A DNA stretch of 64,000 nt. Origin: an uncultured Candidatus Micrarchaeota archaeon (GTDB taxonomy: Archaea > Micrarchaeota > Micrarchaeia > Anstonellales > Bilamarchaeaceae). Made by a program: the position numbers and the translations under genes. Under the pieces are notes generated by a model. It saw only the letters and a list, made by a program, of their open reading frames with translations, was not told where the DNA came from and ran no database searches. Positions within the stretch are counted from its first letter, which is position 1, and each line of letters opens with the position of its first letter. The stretch is taken from contig CAIKOA010000014.1 in NCBI GenBank assembly GCA_903828955.1, positions 6,359-70,358 of the forward strand, in the 5' to 3' direction. Below, one piece after another: positions 18,924 through 26,787 of this stretch.

Positions 18924-19424
18924 ATGTACGAAATTCCGCTTAGGGGCAGAGGGGCAAAAGCGCTCAAATCCTCGCTCAGGGATGGCCTTCCCAATCAGTT
19001 TTATCCACTTGTTGACCGGATAGTAGGATGTACCAGGTTTTCATTAACGACATTGCGCATTCTTTCTGCATTCTTTGATGACATGAGGCCCAGCCCAGAA
19101 TGCCCCCCTGAAAAAATAATGAGGTGGAAGCGGGACACAATTGACTTTTTTAACTTTTTTCAACAGAAATGGGCTCGCTTGCGTACGGACGCGTTGTTAG
19201 CCCCTCTTAAAGATTATGCCAAGCATGTGGGCCTTGAAGATTATGCTGAGCAGGTAAGCAAGGGGGATAGGGAATCTCAACTCCAGCTCCTGCTTTTGGC
19301 TGCGCTCAAGGATTATGCCGAGTATGTCGGAGAGAGAGACAAGGAATTCCGGTTCCAGCTCCTGCTTTTGGCTGCGAGCATCGAAGCCGCAATCCCTAAA
19401 GAGAAAGCCCGGAGCGATCCCTGA
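18924..19424 (+). CDS. Hypothetical protein with tandem internal repeats (LKDYA(K/E)(H/Y)VG..D..... QLLLLAA)
   Basis: ORF track. It is preceded by the palindromic operator and is the first gene of the co-regulated module. Confidence 0.55.
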   Translation: MYEIPLRGRGAKALKSSLRDGLPNQFYPLVDRIVGCTRFSLTTLRILSAFFDDMRPSPECPPEKIMRWKRDTIDFFNFFQQKWARLRTDALLAPLKDYAKHVGLEDYAEQVSKGDRESQLQLLLLAALKDYAEYVGERDKEFRFQLLLLAASIEAAIPKEKARSDP

Positions 19425-19434
19425 TTGCCAGCAC

Positions 19435-19448
19435 CCGCTCTAGAGCGG
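19435..19448. promoter_or_regulatory. Second copy of palindrome CCGCTCTAGAGCGG, 38 nt upstream of the ATG at 19487, followed by CACTAAGAATATCTATAAGTT
   Basis: Seen directly. The downstream 38 nt align with the copy at 18886-18923 (CA.TA...A.AT.TA.AAGTT...A.AA.T.TTAT.CC). Confidence 0.6.
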
Positions 19449-19486
19449 CACTAAGAATATCTATAAGTTATTACAAGTATTTATCC

Positions 19487-21094
19487 ATGAATGACTCAGG
19501 CTCACAAGCATACGATTCAGTGAACAAGGCATGGAAATCTACCACCCGCGTCCTCTTGGGGGAAGAGATGGGCGAAATCCGCGAATACAAGGATTGGCTC
19601 CAGGAATACGGGCGCGCACCCAGGCATGAGAAGTCTTCGCTTTCAGGCAAGCCCGTCACACTTTCCCTGAACGAATACGGAAGCAACGCAAAGTTTATCG
19701 CTTTCAACGAAGTCGATTTCCAAAAGCGCTTTGCGCCCCTCAACATAAACGAGATTAAGGACATCGATTCCATAGTCGAGGCCCTGCAGGAGCGCTTCTG
19801 CTACGCAGGAGGGCTCACGCTCGGGAATTCCCGGTTCGTTGAAGGCAGCTCCGACATCCACAACTGCACTTACATCCTGGACTCCCACAACATAGTGGAT
19901 TCAAGCTACATCGCATGCACCTACATGGCGCGGGATTCTGAGATGCTTTTCGGATGCGACGCGATTGGGGAAGCAACGCATTCAATCCGCGGGCTGGAAT
20001 TATGGAAGAGCACCCGCTGCTTCGACGTTTTCGAAGTGAGGATGTCTTCCGACTGCTACTACTCGTTCAATCTGGAGAGCTGCCAGAACTGCTTCTTCTC
20101 CTTCAACCTCAAGGCGAAGAACTACAGTATCGGCAACCTGGAGCTGGGAAGGGATGCATACCTGAAAAGGAAGGAGGCGCTTCTCGAGGAAATCCGGGAC
20201 TCCCTTTCCAAAAAGAAGAAAGTTGCCGGAATCCTTGACATATTGCTCAATGCAAAAGACCGGAGCGCGGAAATCAAGGAAGAATTCGCGGAGGTTTCCA
20301 GGAAGGCCGAATACCACAAGGAGTTCTCGGATATGTCCGGAATCGACAAGGTTTTCTCCGGAACCTCCCAATTGCTTCTTGGGAAGGCGCTCGGCCCGAT
20401 CAAGGCATACGAGCCGTGGCTATCAAGGCACGTGCTCATGCCGGAATTCTACAAATCCGCAATAAGCGGGAAGCAGGCTGTGCTTACCAGCTACTCCAAA
20501 TTCGGGAGTTTCCCGAGAAACCGGCTGGTTGCCCTTGAGGAGGCGCCCCTTCTCTCGTGCCTGAAACTCAGCCAAAAGGAATGCGATTCCATTTCGATTT
20601 CATCGGCTCCTGAATACATCGGGAAGCTCGCTTACTCGACCGGGGATGCGGACATCCAGAACGCCCGGATGGTCGATTGCTGCATGATGGGATTTTCCTC
20701 CAACTGCTACAAGTGCACAGTGGCTCCGGATGTGAAGAATTCCGGGTGCTCGTTCTGGCCGCGGGCGTCCGAAAGCATATTCGGCTGCCATTCCAGCCAC
20801 GAATCCAAGTTCGTCATAAACGGGTATTTCTCGAGCAAGATCTCCCGCGCCTTCGAAGTGGATTTGTGCAGGGACTGCTCCGATATTTACTTCTCGCACA
20901 ACTGCGAGGCGATGCAGGATGCGATGTTCTGCTTCAACGCAAAGAACCTGAAGAAGGCGATAGGGAACGTGCAGTACCCGATAGAGGAATACAAGCGGTT
21001 CAAGTCCTCCCTTCTGGAGCAGATTTCCGGGGAGCTTGAGAAAACCAAATCCCTCCATTTCGACATCTATAGCATAGGCTCCGCAGAGGCGTAA
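19487..21094 (+). CDS. Uncharacterised Cys-rich protein, paralog A (two internally duplicated Cys-rich modules separated by a charged coiled-coil linker)
   Basis: ORF track; no recognisable family. Conserved modules end in NC..C..(F/M)(F/C)(S/F)FN.K(A/N)...IGN. Its stop lies 2 nt before the start of paralog B. Confidence 0.7.
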   Translation: MNDSGSQAYDSVNKAWKSTTRVLLGEEMGEIREYKDWLQEYGRAPRHEKSSLSGKPVTLSLNEYGSNAKFIAFNEVDFQKRFAPLNINEIKDIDSIVEALQERFCYAGGLTLGNSRFVEGSSDIHNCTYILDSHNIVDSSYIACTYMARDSEMLFGCDAIGEATHSIRGLELWKSTRCFDVFEVRMSSDCYYSFNLESCQNCFFSFNLKAKNYSIGNLELGRDAYLKRKEALLEEIRDSLSKKKKVAGILDILLNAKDRSAEIKEEFAEVSRKAEYHKEFSDMSGIDKVFSGTSQLLLGKALGPIKAYEPWLSRHVLMPEFYKSAISGKQAVLTSYSKFGSFPRNRLVALEEAPLLSCLKLSQKECDSISISSAPEYIGKLAYSTGDADIQNARMVDCCMMGFSSNCYKCTVAPDVKNSGCSFWPRASESIFGCHSSHESKFVINGYFSSKISRAFEVDLCRDCSDIYFSHNCEAMQDAMFCFNAKNLKKAIGNVQYPIEEYKRFKSSLLEQISGELEKTKSLHFDIYSIGSAEA

Positions 21095-21096
21095 AC

Positions 21097-22695
21097 ATGA
21101 ATTCCCAGAACTACGAAGTCCTGAATAGGGCGTGGAAATCCACCTGCAAGGTGCTCTTTGGCGCGGAAATCGGCGACATGAAGGAATACGAGCCCTGGCT
21201 CCTTTCCGGAGTGGACGCCCCCATGAAGAAGAAATCCGCGGTTTCCGGCAAAGATGTTTATGTGGGAATTGAGTTCTACAAGGATGAAAGCAGGTTCATA
21301 GGGCTGGATGAGATTGATTTCAATAAGAAATTCCAGCCCCTCAACATAAACGAGGTTAAAGACATCGACAGCATCGTTGAATCATTGCAGGAAAGGTTCC
21401 TCTACACCGGAAACATCGTCCTTGGAAATTCCCAATTCGTAGAAAAAAGCTCGAACGTAATCGATAGCTCATACATTTACAATGCAACCGAGCTCGTTGA
21501 TGCGAAATACATCGCCCACCTCACCTGCGCCCCTGAAAGCGAATACTGCTTTGGCTCGAATGGCGCAGGGGTGAGCAAGCAGTGCATCCACATATACGAA
21601 ACATTCGACTGCAACCGCTGCTTAGAAATCTGGAATTCGAGAAGCTGCGCAGACGGCTACTTCACCTACAACTGCGACGGGTGCAGGGAAACCTTCTTCA
21701 CGTTCAATTCCTACGGAAAAAAGTACTCTGTCGGAAATCTCGAACTTGACAAGGACAAGTACCTCCAATTGAAGAAGAAACTAATAGAAGAAATCCGGGA
21801 AGAGCTCGTTTCCAAAAAACAGCTCAAATCTCTAATGGACATCATTTCCTCGGCAAAGGAATACAGGAAAGAGAACGAGGAGCTCAAGCAGATTCTGAAG
21901 GGGCACAAGTTCGAAGAGCCCCGCGCAAACAAGGAACTGGTCGAAAAGGAGTTTTCGGAAACCGCCGCGATTCTTTTCGGAAAGCCGTTGCACGGAATCG
22001 ACAACTATTCCAGATGGCTGAGCCGCAACATCTGGGAGCGCAATGAATGCAAGTCCGCCCTCACCGGGAGAAGGACCGTGGTTGTGGATTACTGCAACCT
22101 TGGAAGGATTCCGGAGCCGCGCCTGATCCGTAAAGACGAGTGGGAAGTGGTAAAAGAGAAAATGAAATTGAGCGCAGAGGACGTTGATTCCCTCACCCTG
22201 AAGAATGCCGGGGAAACAATAGGGAAAATCTCCTACCTTCCCTTCGACTACAATACGAACAGCACGAACATGATTGATTGCACGACCACCCTCAATTCCG
22301 CGGACTGTTATCTTGTGTTGCCTGCGATATTCTCAAAGAAATCCGGGGTTTGCACCTGGATAAGGCATTCCTCGGATGTATTCGGCTGCTGCGCGGGATT
22401 CCATTCCTCCTTCTGCATGAAAATCAACTACTCCAAGAAGATGAACCGCTGTTTCGAAACCGATAATTCCAGCGGATGCTCCGGGGGCTACTTCCTGCAC
22501 AACTGCGAGAACGTGAACGATTCCATGTTCTGCTTCAATATGAAGAACCTCCGGAACGCAATCGGGAACGCCCCTCTCCAGCTGGATAAATACAAGGCGG
22601 TAAAGTCTTCCCTCCTTGAGCAGATGCATTCCGAACTCGAGAGAAACAAGGAGCTCAAATGGGACATTTACAACATCGGATGCCTTTCAGAGTAG
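21097..22695 (+). CDS. Uncharacterised Cys-rich protein, paralog B (tandem duplicate of 19487..21094)
   Basis: It is clearly alignable to paralog A along its full length (MN.Q.Y..LN.AWKST..VL.G.E.G...EY..WL..., LNINE(I/V)KDIDSIVE(A/S)LQERF, C-terminal SSLLEQ...ELE..K.L..DIY.IG). Confidence 0.7.
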   Translation: MNSQNYEVLNRAWKSTCKVLFGAEIGDMKEYEPWLLSGVDAPMKKKSAVSGKDVYVGIEFYKDESRFIGLDEIDFNKKFQPLNINEVKDIDSIVESLQERFLYTGNIVLGNSQFVEKSSNVIDSSYIYNATELVDAKYIAHLTCAPESEYCFGSNGAGVSKQCIHIYETFDCNRCLEIWNSRSCADGYFTYNCDGCRETFFTFNSYGKKYSVGNLELDKDKYLQLKKKLIEEIREELVSKKQLKSLMDIISSAKEYRKENEELKQILKGHKFEEPRANKELVEKEFSETAAILFGKPLHGIDNYSRWLSRNIWERNECKSALTGRRTVVVDYCNLGRIPEPRLIRKDEWEVVKEKMKLSAEDVDSLTLKNAGETIGKISYLPFDYNTNSTNMIDCTTTLNSADCYLVLPAIFSKKSGVCTWIRHSSDVFGCCAGFHSSFCMKINYSKKMNRCFETDNSSGCSGGYFLHNCENVNDSMFCFNMKNLRNAIGNAPLQLDKYKAVKSSLLEQMHSELERNKELKWDIYNIGCLSE

Positions 22696-24690
22696 TATTT
22701 GCCCCCTCTTCATTTTTTTTACCGGGCTCTTCTCTTCCTTCTCAAGCTTGCTTGCGCTCGCCTTGTCAATTATGGATTCAGGAAGGCTGAGCCTTTCCTT
22801 GAATGGAGAAGCAACCTCTCCTCCATCTCCTCCATCTGGATCCTCACCAGGCCCGTCTCCCGGCCCCTTTCCCTTTTCTCCAGAAGGCGAAGGAGGGGGT
22901 TCCGGAGGAACATAAACCGGAAGCGCATTCTCGTCGAACCCCCACTTCTTCATGTCCACAACCTTGAGTTTCATCGGAAGGAGGTAATTCACCCCATCGT
23001 AGAGCCTTGCAATGCACTCCCGCTGGTTGAGCCGGACAAACATCTCTTTCTTGGATTCCTCCAGCTCGGTCTGCCCGCGGTGCTTCTTGAAGTATTCCTC
23101 CAGCTTAATCTCCATCACCGAACTCAGGAGCGCCGCATCCTGCCGATTCAACTTGAACGCAACAATGTTCCTCACGTTCGAAACCATGCTATCCACGATC
23201 TCCTTGCTCAATTGGGAGAGGTACTGGCACGAGAAGTACGCGTATAGGTTGAACTTCCTGGTCTCGGAAAGGATGTCCCTTGCCACCTTGGTCTCAATCC
23301 TTGGGAACTCATCCATCACAAGTATGGTAGGCTTATCCATGAGCTTCCCGCTGATTGCAAGCAGGTACATCTGGTTTATGATCGCCCCGGAAAGGAAGCT
23401 TATCATCCTCCTTCCGAAGAACTTCGGGTCGAAGGACACAACCGTAATCCTGTTCTTCTGAATCAATTCCAGGAGGTTCTCCTGCTTCTTCTCCTTCCCA
23501 AGGTATAACTGGTATTCCCCGATGAAGTTCAATATCGGCAATATCGCGGTATTGAAGTGGTGTATGTAGATGTCATTGTACTCCTCATCGAAGAACCTCT
23601 TCACCTCATCGTTGTCGCACATGCTGACGAATTCCGCCTTTACCGTAGCATCCGTAAGCAAAGAGCTGATGTTCGTAAGTTCGAGCTTGTCTATTGAACT
23701 CAGGAGGTGCACCGCGTAGAACAGCACACGCTCCGAGTACTTGTTCTCCTGCCCAATCGAAGAGGCAAGCAATTGCGAAACCAGCTGCGTAAGCATCGGA
23801 GTCTTCTCCTTGCCCACATCCAGCGGCTCCACGAAATTGGTCACGAAGTTGACGAGCTTAGCCTTAGGGAAAAGGCGCACGAACTCTCCGTGCGGGTCGA
23901 TTATGAGTATCCTTGCCCCTTCCTTGTATTTCTGCTCAATCGCCTTCAACATGACGTATAACGCCTTGCTCTTTCCGGAACCCGAAGTTCCCACCACAAG
24001 GGTGTGCTGGAGAGAATCGAAATTATCCACTCCCATGCTAAAGCCGGTATCTTCGAAAACGGGAAAATTGGAGGTTGTCTGTATCCTTTTCGGCAGTGGG
24101 TCAAGCACCTCGATGTATACAGACGGGTTCTCCTCCAAATTTACCCTAAAAAACTTATGCGGCTCGGTAACCAATACCGCCCTTTTCCTGCCCTTCTCAT
24201 CCGTGGCTGACCCTACTGCCACAAAGCCCCCGAGAAACTTGGTGAAGCCCAGGTCGAGCTCCTCCATGTTTTCCTTGAGCATGAAATCCAGGAAATCGTA
24301 GCTGCCTCCCCCTATCTTATAGAACTTTGAGAGGGGCGTTCCCACCGCTTCCTGGAGGTCCATCTTCTTCGCATCCCCGAACCTGAAGGGGAAAACGAGC
24401 GCGGACTGGCTCTGGAGGTGCTTCCTCTCCTCTATGAAGAAGGATACGGTATTGTTCTTCCTCTTTACAATGAGCCTGAACGCATTCGGGGAAAACACCG
24501 AAGAAAAATCCAGGAACCCCAGAATAGGAACCCTGGGCTTTGCCATCTGGTTGAAGAAAGCCAGTATGTCCTCGGGCTCGACCTTCTCAGAATAGAGGAA
24601 CATCTCCCTTGCCGAGAGGGGCCCCCCAGTGAGGGTTTCATCCCTTGTAAGGGAAATCTTCATCCCGATTGGAAGCTTTATTTCTGCCAT
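22687..24690 (-). CDS. HerA/FtsK-superfamily P-loop ATPase (COG0433/DUF87-like) with C-terminal Pro/Gly/Asp-rich low-complexity tail
   Basis: Walker A VVGTSGSGKSKA, Walker B ILVMDEFPR. The ~230-aa N-terminal region may be a HAS-barrel. The 3' end overlaps paralog B convergently by 9 nt. Confidence 0.7.
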   Translation of the reverse strand: MAEIKLPIGMKISLTRDETLTGGPLSAREMFLYSEKVEPEDILAFFNQMAKPRVPILGFLDFSSVFSPNAFRLIVKRKNNTVSFFIEERKHLQSQSALVFPFRFGDAKKMDLQEAVGTPLSKFYKIGGGSYDFLDFMLKENMEELDLGFTKFLGGFVAVGSATDEKGRKRAVLVTEPHKFFRVNLEENPSVYIEVLDPLPKRIQTTSNFPVFEDTGFSMGVDNFDSLQHTLVVGTSGSGKSKALYVMLKAIEQKYKEGARILIIDPHGEFVRLFPKAKLVNFVTNFVEPLDVGKEKTPMLTQLVSQLLASSIGQENKYSERVLFYAVHLLSSIDKLELTNISSLLTDATVKAEFVSMCDNDEVKRFFDEEYNDIYIHHFNTAILPILNFIGEYQLYLGKEKKQENLLELIQKNRITVVSFDPKFFGRRMISFLSGAIINQMYLLAISGKLMDKPTILVMDEFPRIETKVARDILSETRKFNLYAYFSCQYLSQLSKEIVDSMVSNVRNIVAFKLNRQDAALLSSVMEIKLEEYFKKHRGQTELEESKKEMFVRLNQRECIARLYDGVNYLLPMKLKVVDMKKWGFDENALPVYVPPEPPPSPSGEKGKGPGDGPGEDPDGGDGGEVASPFKERLSLPESIIDKASASKLEKEEKSPVKKMKRGQILL

Positions 24691-24748
24691 TTTGACCCAC
24701 CTTTAAGCACAATCTATTACTAAGCGCCACTTGGATATATTCTTAGTG

Positions 24749-24762
24749 CCGGTGTAGAGCGG
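24749..24762. promoter_or_regulatory. Degenerate third copy of the palindrome (minus-strand reading CCGCTCTACACCGG) followed by CACTAAGAATATATCCAAG, ~58 nt upstream of the ATPase ATG at 24690
   Basis: Seen directly. The 3' half-site and downstream CACTAAGAATAT are identical to the 19435 copy. Confidence 0.5.
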
Positions 24763-24821
24763 TCTTTTGAAACTTCCACAAGCAAACATTTAAAAACACT
24801 ATCATTGATAATATATATTAT

Positions 24822-26420
24822 ATGTCCACCGAGGGAAGGAAACCAGGCATACCTTCGTTTTTGCTTTCACCCCCCAGCTGGAAGGCCGTCGGAAACACCC
24901 CCCTTATCAAGGTAAAAGAGCTTTGCGGGGCGTGCAACGGGGCGACCGTCTATGTGAAGGACGAGAGCAAGAACCGCTTCGGAACCTTCAAGGACAGGCG
25001 CTCGGCAGCCCTTTTTGAGCACTACAAGGACAAATCCGAGATCGTTTTCGTCCACATCACTTCCGGAAACTCCGGCTACAGCCTCGGGATGATGGCCGAG
25101 GAGGAGCGGAGAAGGACCAAAAAAGACATACGGGTAGTCAACATCATCGATAAGGGAACTCCGAAAACCATCCGCGAAAGGCTGGAATCATGTTCAAAGG
25201 TCGTTGAGATGGACCTCTCAAGCGGGCAGATGGGGCTTGATGAGCAGAGGGAGCTCGGGAGGTCCGCAGCGTCTTATGAGGGCCACCAGAGCAACATCGT
25301 CGGGGTGGAGGAATACCACATTGCAAACGGCTACAGCAACATACTGCGTGAGATTTATGCCGAAGGGATAAGGCCAAAATACGTCTTTTGCCCGGTCGGA
25401 AACGGGGAGCTCCTGGTTGAACTTGCGGATGTCGCAAAGGAATTGTGGGGTTACGACGCCCCATTAATCGTCGGAGTTACTATTCAGCAGAACATCCTGC
25501 ACCGCGCAGCGGACTTTGTCTCAAAAATAGGGAGGAGCATCGCAGACAAGCTCGTTGCCCCATACTCAATGTACAAGGAACTCGTGGAGGCCCGCGTGAA
25601 AGATGGAAGCGCGGAATTGATGAAGAAACACCCGAAAGAGGACGAAATCGCAAAGGAATACGAACGCCTCAACCGGATAGGCATAAATGTGGAGCCTTCC
25701 GCGGCGGTCGCCTTCTGGGGCGCAAAACACTACGAACTCACCCAAGACGATACAGTCGTAATCATTAATACTGGTAAGGGAGTTTACGACCCTTCCTCGC
25801 TCAATAAGGTCTGGAAGTACATGCTGAAGCCCAGATTGAAGAAGCTGGGGCTGGTTGCGGCAGGTGCGCTCCTCTCCCTAGGAATAGTGTTCGGAAACAA
25901 TCAATATGAAAAATACAAATCCCATGAGCACTTCAACCTTGCTACTCAGGTATCGCTTATTTCCGAAACCGGAGGCTTTTTCCGCACGGATGTGAAGAAA
26001 TTGCAAACATTGTGCATGAACATCCCGGATATGACTAAGGAGAGGTGCGGAGAAATTCGTTCCGCGTCCGACTTAACCGATAGGGAGCTCCAGTTCCTTA
26101 TCTACTGGGACGGGCTCAAAGATGACAATGCGAACATGGGGCTCCGCCTCATGGCAAGAGAGTGGTACCTCAAATATAATGGGCAGGGCCCGGATCGCCG
26201 CAAGGCTTGGATGCCATTAGATGATAACGAGCCGGAAGAATACGAAATGTACCCTGATGGTTCCATAAAACAGGCATCAAGAAAAACAACCTTTGATTTC
26301 ATGTCGGGCAGGGAAAGGCACGAATACACGTTTGGGCCAACTCCTCCCCCATCCATGACCGGCTACCCATGGGGCTCTGATACAGGCCCTGGCAATCCTG
26401 CTTCTGCCCCTAATAAGTAG
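24822..26420 (+). CDS. Fold-type II PLP-dependent enzyme domain (cysteine synthase/threonine synthase-like) fused to a TM segment and a ~170-aa C-terminal domain of unknown function
   Basis: GNTPLIKV and TFKDRRS (PLP lysine) motifs and ITSGNSGYSLG glycine loop. Then KLGLVAAGALLSLGIVFG as a TM helix, then an unrecognised domain. Confidence 0.65.
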   Translation: MSTEGRKPGIPSFLLSPPSWKAVGNTPLIKVKELCGACNGATVYVKDESKNRFGTFKDRRSAALFEHYKDKSEIVFVHITSGNSGYSLGMMAEEERRRTKKDIRVVNIIDKGTPKTIRERLESCSKVVEMDLSSGQMGLDEQRELGRSAASYEGHQSNIVGVEEYHIANGYSNILREIYAEGIRPKYVFCPVGNGELLVELADVAKELWGYDAPLIVGVTIQQNILHRAADFVSKIGRSIADKLVAPYSMYKELVEARVKDGSAELMKKHPKEDEIAKEYERLNRIGINVEPSAAVAFWGAKHYELTQDDTVVIINTGKGVYDPSSLNKVWKYMLKPRLKKLGLVAAGALLSLGIVFGNNQYEKYKSHEHFNLATQVSLISETGGFFRTDVKKLQTLCMNIPDMTKERCGEIRSASDLTDRELQFLIYWDGLKDDNANMGLRLMAREWYLKYNGQGPDRRKAWMPLDDNEPEEYEMYPDGSIKQASRKTTFDFMSGRERHEYTFGPTPPPSMTGYPWGSDTGPGNPASAPNK

Positions 26421-26536
26421 AAATATCGCCGAGGAGGTTGAGCGGATTTCTAAATAACAATTGAAGGGAACACCTAAGGGCTTTTGGGTGAACGTAAGCC
26501 TTTTGCCGTTAGCCTATGTTGGCCAAAAGGGTTCGA

Positions 26537-26621
26537 CGCCGAGGAGGAGATTTGAACTCCTAAGCCCCAGAGGGGCACCAGATCTCAAGTCTGGCGCGTT
26601 ACCGGATTCTGCCACCTCGGC
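26537..26621 (-). tRNA. tRNA-Ser (anticodon TGA), type II with long variable arm
   Basis: The reverse complement GCCGAGGTGGCAGAATCCGGTAACGCGCCAGACTTGAGATCTGGTGCCCCTCTGGGGCTTAGGAGTTCAAATCTCCTCCTCGGCG has a 7-bp acceptor stem, an anticodon arm CCAGA-CTTGAGA-TCTGG, a variable-arm hairpin GCCCC/GGGGC and a T-arm GGAGG-TTCAAAT-CCTCC. The D-stem pairing is weak in my reading. Confidence 0.8.
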
Positions 26622-26787
26622 ATAATATTTGGGATTGTTTAAGGGGAAAAAGAAATTATAAACCCTTACGAAGCAAACCTAAATTCTCTCTTAATTGATT
26701 CGAGCGTATGGGCCTTCCCTTCTTTGGGGCCCTTCTCTGCTCTCTTAAGGGATTTTTTTGTTTCTTCGGAGCTTTTTTCAGTTCTTC

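Noticed and set aside
18850-24770. CCGCTCTAGAGCGG palindromes as terminal inverted repeats of a mobile element
   Set aside because: No transposase or integrase is present. The copies sit at a fixed distance upstream of start codons together with conserved TATA-like sequence, consistent with operators rather than IS ends.
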